A stretch of 64,000 nucleotides of DNA from Malacoraja senta (lineage: Eukaryota): assembly GCA_038087875.1 (NCBI GenBank), contig JAXLNO010000110.1:1-64000 (forward strand), in the 5' to 3' direction. Of this stretch, positions 48,581-61,700 are shown piece after piece; within the stretch, counting starts at the first letter, position 1; every line of letters starts with the position of its first letter. The notes below the pieces were generated by a model. That model had not been told where the DNA came from, made no database searches, and was given only the letters and a program-made list of their open reading frames with translations. Both the position numbers and the translations under genes were made by a program.

Positions 48581-50287
48581 CAGGGCCGGATTTGGATGAA
48601 GAGAGGCCCTAGGCTAGACTGCTTGTGAGGCCCCTCCCAGTCTCCCACCCCCACGACGAGAGGAAGATGGAAGAGTCCACCAGATTGACACCGATGTGCA
48701 GCCGAGCGTGGCCAATGAGATAAGGGCTGGAAATCTGCGCTTTTTATTTATTGCCCGGCTAGTGTTGAGTTATCGGTTTAAAACACAATTATTCTGAAAT
48801 GGAGGGCAAGGAAAATTACTGAAGTGTTTAGAGACTATAGTGCGTTGTGACAGCATATGTAAGAAAGGCCTATAACAGTGTCAAAAATATTATACACCAG
48901 GCCCGAATGAAGCTTTTCGAAAAGGGGGTGGCATGGCAGGATTACAAAATTGTATGCGAAATAAGTGCACGCAGCGCATATCACAAGCGCGAAGCTCAAA
49001 GACCCTTGCGGCCGGCGTCCAGGGCCCGCTTAAGGGGTTTTAGATGCTCTCTGGTGCATTCTGAGCCTTATTTTGGAGCATTTTTGAACCAAATTTATGA
49101 CCAATATTTCAGAAATAATTTTGGTTGGTTCAAGAGTAATGAGTGGTTGTAATGGGATGATTGGGGTCATTGTTGTATACATTTTTTTAAATCAAGAATT
49201 GAAGATGTTCATGTTTTAATAATCAAGTTGTGCTGAAAAATGTTATGTAAAATGTTATAAAGGAGCATGCAAACACTGCAAATAAAATACTATGTTTTTG
49301 CTGTAAATAAAACCTTTTTTTAGAAAATGTTTTGTGTGTTGATTTGATTGCCTGTTACTGTTCGACTGTGTTAGTGTGTGCACATTAAAAATATGATGCA
49401 AAATGAAAGCCTCAAACTATGGAATACATATTTTTCAGTATTGTTATCAAGGAAAAGAAAGCAGTTCCAATTGTTTGATATTATTCATATGGAGGAGAAA
49501 ATATAATTACTCTAAAACCTACCTTAATTTTGTAATCTCACTAAAGATAATCCCCCCTTTCTCTCTCCTCCCTCCTCCTTCTCCCTCCCTCTCCCTCTAC
49601 CTCTCTCTCCCTCCCCATCTCTCTCTCCCCATCCTCCCCTTCCCCTCTCTCTCTCTCCCCCCTCTCTCTCTCCCCCTCTCTCTCTTTCCCTCTCCCCTCC
49701 TCTCTCTCCCCATCTGTCTCAACCCCCACTCTCACATCCCCCTCTCTTTCCCTCCCTCCCCCTCTCTCTCACTCCCATGCAGCGAGGCTCCAACTCCGCG
49801 CCGCAGACACCGCAGCCCCCCCCCACCCGGTCCAGAGAAACGGGCACTCCCGCAATGCAATATTCCAATACTTATCTGGAGTAGACACCTAGGATCTTTG
49901 GTAGACACGAGGCATCGAGGTGATTTGGTGGAGTGCAAATGGAGATCTGAACCCACCCGGGCCCACTGCGCACGCACGGAGAGACAGCTTCATTTTGCGT
50001 CACTACTGCGTCACCGGCTTCCCCCAACTGCGCAATTTTGGTCGCAATTTTATTCCCCAAAACTTCCAGCGGGCCGGAACCAGAATTTCGGGTAATTTCC
50101 GTCAAAGTGGAAACGCTGATAGCGCTACAATTTTTTTTTTCACGGATTTTTTTTTTCTCTGGGAAAAAAACACCTTGGCCGGAGGTCCCCTATGAAGCCT
50201 ATATGTAAATCCGGCCCTGCCGAGGCCCCCCTAGATCTCGAGGCCCTAAGCTTAAGCTTGTGAAGCTTATACATAAATCCGGCCCTG
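48581..50287. mobile_element. Non-autonomous hAT transposon (1707 bp)
   Basis: TIR CAGGGCCGGATTT / AAATCCGGCCCTG, 8-bp TSD TCTCAGCA (48573-48580, 50288-50295), subterminal GAGGCCC repeats, no transposase. Confidence 0.92.
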
Positions 50288-50380
50288 TCTCAGCATATGA
50301 CAGTCCTGCCATCCCGGAAATTGACCTTGTAAACCTACGCTGCACTCCCTCAATAGCAAGAATGTCCTTCCTCAAATTAG

Positions 50381-51866
50381 TTTCAATAGATTCAGGATCA
50401 GTTCCTGTGGATTGGAGGATAGCTAATGTTATCCCACTTCTCAAGAAAGGAACGAGAGAGAAAACGGGGAATTACAGACCAGTTAGCCTGACTTCGGTGG
50501 TGGGAAAGATGCTGGAGTCAATTATTAAAGAGGTAATAATGGGGCATTTGGATAGCAGTAAAAGGATTAGTCCAAGTCAGCATGGATTTATGAAAGGGAA
50601 ATCATGCTTGACTAATCTTCTGGAATTTTTGAGGATGTGACAAGTAAAATGGACGAAGGGGAGCCAGTGGATGCAGTGTATCTAGACTTTCAGAAAGCCT
50701 TTGATAAGGTCCCGCACGGGAGACTGGTGACTTAGAGCACATGGTATTGGGGGTAGGGTGTTGACGTGTAGAGAAAATTGGTTTGCAGACAGGAAGCAAA
50801 GAGCAGGAGTGAAAGGGTCCTTTTCAGAATGGCAGGCAGTGGCGAGTAGAGTGCTGCAAGGCTCAGTGTTGGGGCCGCAACTGTTTACCATATACATTAA
50901 TAATTTGGAAGAGGGAATTAGGAGCAACACTAGCAAGTTAGCGGATGACGCATAGCTGGGTGGCAGTGTGAACTGTGAAGAGTATGTCAGGAGGTTGCAG
51001 GGTGACATGGACAAGTTGAGTGAGTGGGCAGATGCGTGGCAGATGCAGTTTAATATAGATAAATGTGAGGTTATCCACTTTGGCGGCAAAAACAAGGGGG
51101 TAGATTATTATCTCAATGGGGTTAGGTTAGGTAAGGGGGAGGTACAGCGAGACCTGGGTGTCCTTGTACACCGGTCACTGAAAGTTGGCGTGCAGGTACA
51201 GCAGGCAGTGAAGAAAGCTAATGGAATAACAAGAGGATTTCAGTATAGAAGTAAAGAGGTTCTTCTGCAGTTGTATAGGGCTCTGATAAGATCACATCTG
51301 GAGTATTGTGTACAGTTTTTGTCTCCTAATTTGAGGAAAGACATGGCTTGTGAATGAGGCAGTGCAGTGTATGTTCACGAGATTGATCCCTGGGATGGCG
51401 GGACTGTCATATGAGGAAAGATTGAAAAGACTAGGCTTGTATTCACTGGAGTTTAGAAGGATGAGGGGGAATCTTATAGAAACATATAAATTATAAAAGG
51501 ACTGGACAAGCTAGATGCAGGAAAAATGTTCCCAATGTTGGGCGAGGCCAGAACCAGGGGCCACAGTCTTATAATAAAGGGGAAGCCATTTAAGACTGAG
51601 GTGAGAAAAAACTTTTTCACCCAGAGAGATGTGAATTTGTGGAATTCCCTGCCATAGAGGGCAGTGGAGGCCGAATCACTGGATGGATTTAAGAGAGAGT
51701 TAGATAGAGCTCTAGGAGCTAGTGGAATCAAGGGATATGGGGAGAAGGCAGGCACGGGTTATTGATAGGGGATCATCAGCCATGATCACAATGAATGGCG
51801 GTGCTGGCTGGAAGGGGCCGAATGGCTCCTCCTGCACCTATTTTCTATGTTTCTATATTTCTATGT
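50381..51866 (+). mobile_element. 5'-truncated CR1 inserted antisense into another CR1
   Basis: RT fragments, TTTCTATGT tail, and TTAG duplicated at 50377-50380 / 51867-51870. Confidence 0.9.
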
Positions 51867-52794
51867 TTAGGGGACCAAAACGGCACACAATACTCCAGGT
51901 GTGGTCGCACTAGGGCCCTGTAGAACTGCAGAAGGACCTCTTTGCTCCTATACGTGACTCCTCTTGTTATAAAGGCCAACATGCCATTCGCTTTCTTCAC
52001 TGCCTGCTGTACCTGCATACTTACTTTCATTGACTGATGAACAAGGACCCCCAGATCCCATTGTACTTCCCCTTTTCCCAATTTGACATCATTTAGATAG
52101 TAATCTGCCTTGTTTTTGATACCAAAGTGGATAACCTCACATTTATCCACATTAAACTGCATCTGCCATGCATCTGCCCACTCACCCAACCTGTCCAAGT
52201 CACCCTGCATTCTCATAGCATCCTCCTCACAGTTCACACTGTCACCCAGCTTTGTGTCATCTGCAAATTTGTTAATGTTACTTTGAATCCCTTCATCTAA
52301 ATCATTGATGTATATTGTAAATAGCTGCGGTCCAGGCATCGAGCCTTGCGGTACCCCACAAGTCACTGCCTGCCATTCTGAAAGGGACCCGTTAATCCCT
52401 ACTCTTTGTTTCCTGTCTGCCAACCACTTCTCTATCCATGTCAGCACTCTACCCCCAATACCATGTGCCCTAATTTTGCCCACTAATCTCCTATGTTGGA
52501 CCTTATCAAATGTTTTCTGAAAGTCCAGGTACACTACATCCACTGGCTCTCCCTTGTCCATTTTCCTAGTTACATCCTCAAAAAATTCCAGAAGATTAGA
52601 TAAGCATGATTTCCCCTTCGTAAGTCCATGCTGACTCGGAACGATCCTGTTACTGCTATCCAAATGTGCCGCTATTTCATCTTTTATATTTGACTCCAGC
52701 ATCTTCCCCACCACCAATGTCAGGTTAAATTGGTCTATAATTCCCTGTTTTCTCTCTCCCACCTTTCTTAAAAAATGGGATAACATTAGCTACA

Positions 52795-55700
52795 CTCCAA
52801 TCCACAGGAACTGATCCTGAATCTATAGAACATTGGAAAATGATCACCAATGCATCCACTATTTCTACAGCCACTTCCTTAAGTACCCTGGGATGCAGAC
52901 CATCAGGCCTTGGGGATTTATCAGCCTTCAGTCCCATCAGTCTACCCAACACCATTTCCTGCCTAATGTGGATTTCCTTCAGTTCTCCTGTCACCCCAGA
53001 TCCTCTGGCCACTACTATATCAGGAAGATTGTTTGTGTCCTCCTTAGTGAAGACAGATCCAAAGTATCTATTCAACTCATCTGCCATTCCTTGTTCCCCA
53101 TAATAAGTTCACCTTTTTCAGTCTTCAAGGGCCCAACTTTGGTCTTAACTAATTTTTTCCTCTTCACATTCCTAAAGAAGCTTTTACTATCCTCCTTTAT
53201 ATTCTTCGCTAGCTTACCTTCGTACCTCATCTTTTCTCCCCGTATTGCCTTTTTAGTTGTCTTCTGTTGCTCTTTAAACATTACCCAATCCTGTTGCTTC
53301 CTGCTCATCTTTGCTACGTTGTACTTCTTCCCTTTTATTTTTATACTGTCCTTGACATCCCTTATCAGCCACGGTCGCCCCTTACTCCCCTTGGAATCTT
53401 TCTTCCTCTTTGGAATGAATGGATCCTGCACCTTCTGTATTATTCCCAGAAATACCTGCCATTGTTGTTCCACTGTCATCCCTGCTAGTGTATCTTTCCA
53501 GTCAACTTTGGCCAGCTCCTCCCTCATGGCTCCATAGTCCCCTTTATTCAACTGTAACACTGACACCTCCGATCTACCCTTCTCCCTCTCCAATTGTAGA
53601 TGAAACCTGACCATATTATGGTCACTACGTCCTAATGGCTCCTTAACCTCAAGTTCCTTTATCAAATCCGGTTCATTACATAACACTAAATCCAAAATTG
53701 CCTTCTCCCTGGTAGGCTCCAATACAAGCTGCTCTAAGAATCCATAATGGACTCCACAAACTCCCTTTCTTGGGGTCCAGTACCAAACTGATTTTCCCAG
53801 TCTACCTGCATGTTGAAATCTCCCATAACAACCACAGCATTACCTTTGCTACATGCCAATTTTAACTCCTGATTCAACTTGCACCCTATATCCAGGCTAC
53901 TGTTTGGGGGCCTGTAGATGTCCCATTAGGGTCTTTTTACCCTTACAATTCCTTAGTTCTATCCAGACTGACCCCACATCTCCTGTTTCATTGTCACCCC
54001 TTGATTGGGACTGAATTTCATTCCTCACCAACATAGCTACCCCACCCCCTCTGCCCACCTGTCTGTCTTTTCGATAGGAGGTATATCCTTGAATATTCAG
54101 TTCCCAGCCCTGGCCCTCTTGCAGCCATGTCTCAGTAATTCCCACAACATCATAGTTGCCAATTTCTAACAGCCTCAAGCTCGTCCACTTTATTTCTTAT
54201 ACTTCGCACATTCATATACAGCACTTTGACCTCCGTATTCACTTCCCCCCTCGCCCCGCTCGCAATTGGCCCTGACCGTACTCTTTTATCCCTTCTCAAA
54301 CTTTCCTTCCCATTAATTCGAGAGTCTTTTGTAACTTTTCCTGTACTCACTTCCCCTTTAACTCCATCTTTATACTCCCAATTTGTTAATCCCTCCCCCC
54401 TACTATTTAGTTTAAACCCAACGTGTACCCCTAGCAAACCTGCCTGCCAGAACGTCGGTCCCCCTCCAGTTAAGGTGTAACCCCTCCCTTTTGTACAGGT
54501 CACCCCTACCCCAGAAGAGATCCGTGGTCTATAAATCTAAACCCTTGCTCTCTGCACCAGCCCCTCAGCCACACAATCAGATCCCCTATCTCCCTGTTCC
54601 TGCCCTCACTAGCACGAGGTACTGGAAGCAATCCAGAGATAACCACCCTAGAAGTCCTGCTTTTCAGTCTTCTTCATTCATTCATTCATTCAAAATGATC
54701 TCTTGATTAGCTGGGCAGCTGGGCTAAGGAATGGCTGATAGTAAAAATGTTACAAAATTTTGAGATTTTAAAAATCAAGTCTGTAATTTATCCCATCAGA
54801 TAAAGCATAAAAAGACGTTTAATTTGACACCTAATTCACTTTCATATCTTCAGTATTAAAAATGTTATGGCCATTTTCATACTCGGAAATTAGCATCTTG
54901 TTCCCTATTGCTTTTCCATTGACTTAACACAAAAGCTGTGATCGAGGACAGTCAAAAGCCCATAACTTTCTTAAAAATTAAGAGAACTGAAAGAAATTTT
55001 CAGTTATTATAGATTGAAGCATTCTGAAACAAATATGAAACAATCTTACTTAGATGACATGAAATTAAAGCATATAATTAGTTAGTTACCTAATTGTAGC
55101 TAATTACAAAATTTAATTACTAGATCTAAACATCTATCAATTTCTTAAGAATAGATTAACATTTTTAAATAGCCTGTGTCCAAATAACATTCACACAAGA
55201 ATTCACAATATAACATTATTTTAAAATCTCATTGGTCATGGATTTATAGGCCAAATGGAAGGAAATAAATGTTTAATACCTGTAAATTAATGGGCATTTA
55301 AATCATCTTGCGAATGGGGTTTTCTGGAACGCGATCATTTGGAACGTTGATTTGTGGTGAATTTAAACCCGTATCGGCATGAAAAATTCTGCTGTTAGTT
55401 CGGGGAAAAGAATCACCGTTTCGCATTAAAAAATGTGAATTAAAGGCCTCTTAAGAAGCACTTTTATACACAAAAATAAACTGCTTTCGTTTACCTGTCC
55501 CGTGCGTGAAATCCGTCCCCGTTGTCGGCGTTGACGGCTTTCGAAGCTGATTTTATAATGACTCCAGCGCTGAACTTGTAGATCGAATAAAAATAAAAAA
55601 TACACAAAACGCCCGTCGGAACGATTTTTCAGCAAAAGCTGGCACTCCAACGAAATATAATACAGGACAAGGTAGGAGGAAACCCGCGTTTTAACCCCGA

Positions 55701-58700
55701 CCCCCCCTCAAAGGCGCCAAAATCGCGCACACGGCCAGTGGCAGAATTGCAGCGCCGCTGAATGTAAGTATTGTAACAAACCTACTGATAGGGTTTAATA
55801 CAGATGAATGAGAGGTGCTGCATTTTGGGAAGTCAAACAGGGCAGGGCCTTCACAGTGAACGGCAGGGTTCTGGGGAGTGTTGTAGAGCAGGGGGTTTTG
55901 GAGTGCAGGTACATAGTTCCCTGAAAGGTGAATGGGAAATGTTGTCAAGCTGGAAAGGGTGCAGAGAAAATTGATGAGAATGTTACCAGGACTCGAGGGA
56001 CTGAGCCGCAGGGAGAGGTTGAGCAGGCTAGGACTTCATTCCTACGAGCGCTGGAGGATGAGCGGTGATGTTATAAAGGTGAAGAAAATCATGAGGGGAA
56101 CAGATGATATAAGAATATTTTACCAGGAATCAAGAACCAGAGGACATAGGTTTAAGGTGAGAGGGGAACGATTTAAGAGGAACTAGAGGTGCAATTTTTT
56201 CACATCAGAGGGTGATTGGTGTATGGAACGAGTTGCCAGAGGAGGTAGTTGAGACAATTAGTATAACAACATTTAAAATACATTTGCTATAAAAATTTCA
56301 AAAGAGAGCTGGGATAACCACTTACTACAGGTGCATAAATGTTCGATCAACGTACGACATACGCTCATCCAATTCAAAACATTACATAGACTATATTATT
56401 CAAAAACTAAATTAAATAAAATCTTTCCTAATGTTTCACCAATCTGTGATAAATGTCTATGTCAAGAAGCTACCATAGCGCATTCTTTTGTTTTTTGTAC
56501 AAAAATCCAAAAATTCTGGTATGAAATATTTGATATTTTCTCAAAATTAATTAAAATAAAACTGGTACCAAAACCAGAATGGATCATTTTTGGAATATCG
56601 GAAGGTATCCCTGAATTAAACGTGTATCAGAAGAACTTATTCAATTACGGGCTAATAATGGGAAAAAGGCTTATACTTAAATTCTGGGAAAATGCGCCCA
56701 CACCAACAATAAAAATGTGGACATCAAATATGTTGGAAACATTACATCTGGAAGAGATGAGATTCCTCTTAGCAGGGAAAGCAGACCAATTCCAAAAGAC
56801 GTGGTCTACGTTTTTGGACCTATTACAAGCATGAGGTGCAATAGTAATTTAAAAAATAAATAAATAAAGAAATGGTATCAGGACCTGGTAATGGGAGGTA
56901 AAACAATAAAAACAGACTTGGCTGGTGGTTCCCTTTCTGCGATTGTTCCTACTTTATTTTTCTTTCTTTTCTAGGATCTACTTTCTTACTTTACTTCCTT
57001 CTCTAACTTCTTTTCTAAGGGACTTTCTTTTCACAACACTCTCTTGCACCTCACGACTCTTGCGCACTTTCTTTACTTTTCTTACTTCTATCTTTCTCTT
57101 AAAGCTTAAAAAAATGAAGCGGTATAAAGAATGTATTAAGATATAAGTGTTGTGTATTACTGTAATTTACCGTACTTCTAATAAAAATAATAAAAAATAA
57201 ATAAAAAAAACATTTGGACAGGTACACGGATAGGAAAGGTTTAGAGGGATATGGGCCAGTGTAAATGGGACATCTTGGTTGGCTGGGCAAGTTGGGCCGA
57301 AGGGTCTGTTTCGGTGCTGTGTGATTGCTGACGTTAACAACATTTCAGGAACAATCGTCGGCTTGGAACCACTTTAGAAGATTCACAAATCGGCAAGAGA
57401 CCAACAGAAAAGCCCACTTTTCTTCTTTATCATGCCTCGGGAGGAAATAAATCTTAAAATAGTTCATTTGCACACACTAAGGCGGGTGTTTTGGAACTGT
57501 GACAAAACTTTGAGCAGATGTTAATCGAGGGTAATGTGGGCTTATATGTTCCAGCTGAAAACACAGCTTGGATGGATCCATCAGACAAGGCCCCGGCAAC
57601 CATTTTAGAGACTGGCAGCCATTTTAGAGACTGGTAACCATCTTACAACCAGTGGCAGCCATGTTGGAGATACTGGCATCCATTTTATGGGACATAAGGA
57701 CCTATTTGAAGATCATCTGACACCATTTTGTAAAAGCCAGCAGCTAAAACAGTGGTTGCAGCTCATAGAGTTATAGAGTGATACAGCATGGAAACAGGCC
57801 CTTCAGCCCAACCTGCCAACACTGCCCAACATGTCCCAGCTACACTAGTCCCACCTGCCTGCTTTTGGCCCATATCCCTCCAAACCTGTCCTATCCATAA
57901 ACCTGTCTAACTGTTTCTTAAACCTCCTCTGGCAGCTTGTTCCATACACCCACAGCCCTTTGTGTGATAAATGTACCCCTCAGACCTCTACTAAATATTT
58001 TCCCCATTACCTTAAACCTATGTCCTCTGGTCCTCGATTCGCCTACTCTGGGCAAGGGACTCCGTGCGTCTACCTGATCTATTCCTCTGATGATTTTGTA
58101 CACCTCTATAAGATCACCCCTCAAGGAATAGAGTCCCAGCCTGCTCAACCTCTCACTGCAGCTCAGACCCTCTAGTCCTGGCAACATCCTAGTAAATCTT
58201 CTCTGTGCCCTATCCAGCTTGACAACATTTTTCCTATAACATGGTGCCCAGAACTGAAAACAATATTCTAAATGCGACCTCACCAACGTCTTATACAACT
58301 GCAACATGACCTCCCAACTTCTATACTCAATACTAATGAATGTGCCAAAAGCCTTTTTGACCGCCCTATCTACCTGCAACTCCACCTTCAAGGAACCATG
58401 CACCTGCACTCCTAGATCCCTCTGCTCTACAACACTCCCCAGAGGCCTACCATTCACTGTGTAGGTCCTGCCCTTGTTAGACGTCTCAAAATGCAACACC
58501 TCAAACTGCTCTGTATTAAATTCCATCAACCATTCCTTCGCCAACCTGGCCAATCGATCCAGATCCTGCTGCAATCTTTCACAACCATCTTCACTATCTG
58601 CAAAACCACCCACTTTTGTATCATCAGCAAATTTGCTAATCTTGCCCTGTATGTTCTCATCCAAATCATTGATGTAGATGACAAACAGTAACGGGCCCAG

Positions 58701-61700
58701 CACCGAACCCTGAGGCCCACCACTAGTCACAGGCCTCCAGTCCGAGAAGCAACCTTCCACCATCACCCTCTGTTTCCTTCCATGAAGCCAATCTGTTTCC
58801 TTCCATTCAGCTATCTCTCCTTGGTTCCCATGCGATCTAACCTTCCAGAGCAGCCTACCATGTGGAACCTTGTTGAATGCTTTGCTGAAGTCCATGTACA
58901 CAACAACTACAGCTCATTCCAATTCTCCAACACGCTCGCACAGACCAAGGGCCAAGGGCGGCACAGTGGCGCAGTGGGTAGAGTCGCTGCCTCAAAGCAC
59001 CAGAGTCCCAGGTTCCATCCTGACCTCGGGTGTTGTCTCTGGAGTTTGCAAGTTCTCCCCGTGACCTCGTCGGTTTCCACCGGGTGCTTTGGTTTCCTCC
59101 CACGTCCCAAAGACGTGCCCGTGCAGTTTTGTGGGACGATCGGCCCCCTCTGTAAATTGCCCCCAAGTGTGTAGGGAGTAGAAGAGAGACTGGGATAATG
59201 TAGAACTAGTGTGTGAACTGGTGATCTCTGGCCAGCATGGACTCGGTGTGCCGAAGGGCCTTTTTCCAGGCTGTATCTCTAAACTAAACTACTTCACACC
59301 TTTCTTCCATCTAGGCCGAGCATCAAACTGAACCCAACGTTGTTAAGTTGGAAAAGGCACAGAGAAGATTTGCGAGGATGTCGCCTGGACTTAGACATAG
59401 ACATAGACATAGAAAATAGGTGCAGGAGGAGGCCATTCGACCCTTCGAGCCAGCACCGCCATTCATTGTGATCATGGTTGATCGTCCCCAATCAATAACC
59501 CGTGCCTGACTTCTCCCCATATCCCTTGATTCCATTAGCCTCTAGAGCTCTATCTAACTCTCTCTTAAATCCATCCAGTGACTTGGCCTCCACTGCCCTC
59601 TGTGGCAGGGAATTCCAGAAATTAACAACTCTCTGGGTGAAAAAGTTTTTTCTTACTTCAGTCTTAAAAGGCCTCCCCTTTATTCTAAGACTGTGGCCCC
59701 TAGTTCTGGACTCGCCCAACATTGGGGAAAATTTTCCTGCTTCTAGCTTGTCCAGTCCTTTTATAATTTTATATGTTTCTATAAGAACCCCCTCATCCTT
59801 CTAAACTCCAGTGAATACAAGCCTAGTCTTTTCAATCTTTCCTCATATGACAGTCCTGCCATCCCAGGGATCAATCTTGTGAACCTACGCTGCACTGCCT
59901 CATATCACAAGGATGACCTTCCTCAAATTAGGAGACCAAAACTGTACACAATACTCCAGATGTGGTCTTACCAGAGCCCTATACAACTGCAGAAGAACCT
60001 CTTTACTCCTTTACTGAAATCCTCTTGTTATGAAGGCCAACATTCCATTAGCTTTCTTCACTGCCTGCTGTACCTGCATGCCAACTTTCAGTGACTGGTG
60101 TACAAGGACACCCAGGTCTCGCTGCACCTCCCCCTTACCTAGCCTAACCCCATTGAGATAATAATCTGCCCCCTTGTTTTTGCCGCCAAAGTGGATACGT
60201 CCACATTTATCTATATTATACTGCATCTGCCACGCATCTGCCCACTCACTCAACCTGTCCAGGTCACCCTGCAACCTCCTAACATCCTCTTCACAGTTCA
60301 CACTGCCACCCAGCTTTGTGTCATCTGCAAACCTGCTAGTGTTGCTCCTAATTCCCTCTTCCAAATCATTAAGATATATGGTAAACAGTTGCGGCCCCAA
60401 CACTGAGCCTTGCGGCACTCCACTCGCCACTGCCTGCCATTCTGAAAAGGACCCGTTCACTCCTACTCTTTGCTTCCTGTCTGCCAACCAATTTTCTATC
60501 CATGTTAACACCCTACCCCCAATACCATGTGCTCTCATTTTAGTCACCACTCTCCCATGTCAAAGGCTTTCTGAAAGTCAAGACACCTACATCCACTGGC
60601 TCCCCTTCATCCATTTTACTTGTCACATCCTCAAAAAATTCCAGAAGATTAGTCAAGCATGATTTTCCTTTCATAAATCCATGCTGACTTGGACTAATCC
60701 TTTTACTGCTATCCAAATGCCCCACCATTGCCTCTTTAATAATTGACTCCAGCATCTTTCCCACCACTGAAGTCCAGCTAACTGGTCTGTAATTCCCAGT
60801 TATCTCTCTCACTCCTTTCTTGAAAAGTGGGATAACATTAGCTATCCTCCAATCCACAGGAACTGTTCCTGAATCTATTGAACATTGGAAAATTATCACC
60901 AATGCGTCCACAATTTCTAGAGCCACCTCCCTGAGGACCCTGGGATGCAGACCATCAGGCCCAGGGGATTTATCATCCTTCAGTCCCATTAGCCTACCCA
61001 ATACTAATTCTCGCCTAATGAAAATTTCTTTCAGTTCCTCTACCCCCTTAGATCCTCTGTCCTCCAGTACATCTGGGAGATTGTTTGTGTCTTCCTTAGT
61101 GAAGACAGATCCAAAGTACCTATTCAACTCTTCTGCCATTTCCTTATTGCCCATAATAATTTCACCCGTGTCTGCCTTCAAGCGACCCACATTTGACTTT
61201 GCTACTCTTTTTTCCTTAACATATCTAAAGAAGCTTTATATTCTTTTTATTCCTGGCCAGCTTCACCTCTTACTTCATCTTTTCAGCCCATATTGCCGGT
61301 TTTGTTTCCTTCTGTTGTCCTATGAAAGTTTTCCAATCCTCTGGCTTCCAGCTACTCTTTGCTGTGTTATACATCTTTTCTTTTAGTTTTATTCTATCCC
61401 TAAGTTCTCTTGTCAGCCACGGTTGCCTCCTACTCCCCTTAGAATCTTTCTTCCTTTTTGGAATGAAATGATCCTGCGTCTTCCGGATTATGCCCAGAAA
61501 TTCCTGCCATTGCTGTTCCACCATCATCCCTGCTAGGATCCCTTTCCAGAGTACTTTGGCCAGCTCCCCTCTCATGCCTTCATAGTCCCCTTTGTTCAAC
61601 TGCATCACTGCCACTTCCGATTTAACCTTCTCCTTCTCAAATTGCAGATTAAAACTAATCATATTATGATCACTACCTCCAAGCGGTTCCTTTACCTCGA

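Larger units (their letters stand above)
48158..54660 (-). mobile_element. Long CR1 LINE in three pieces (48158-48580, 50288-50380, 51867-54660)
   Basis: APE and RT ORF fragments (53072-54503, 51845-53087); the pieces rejoin collinearly across two insertions; 3' tail at 48158-48180. Confidence 0.9.
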
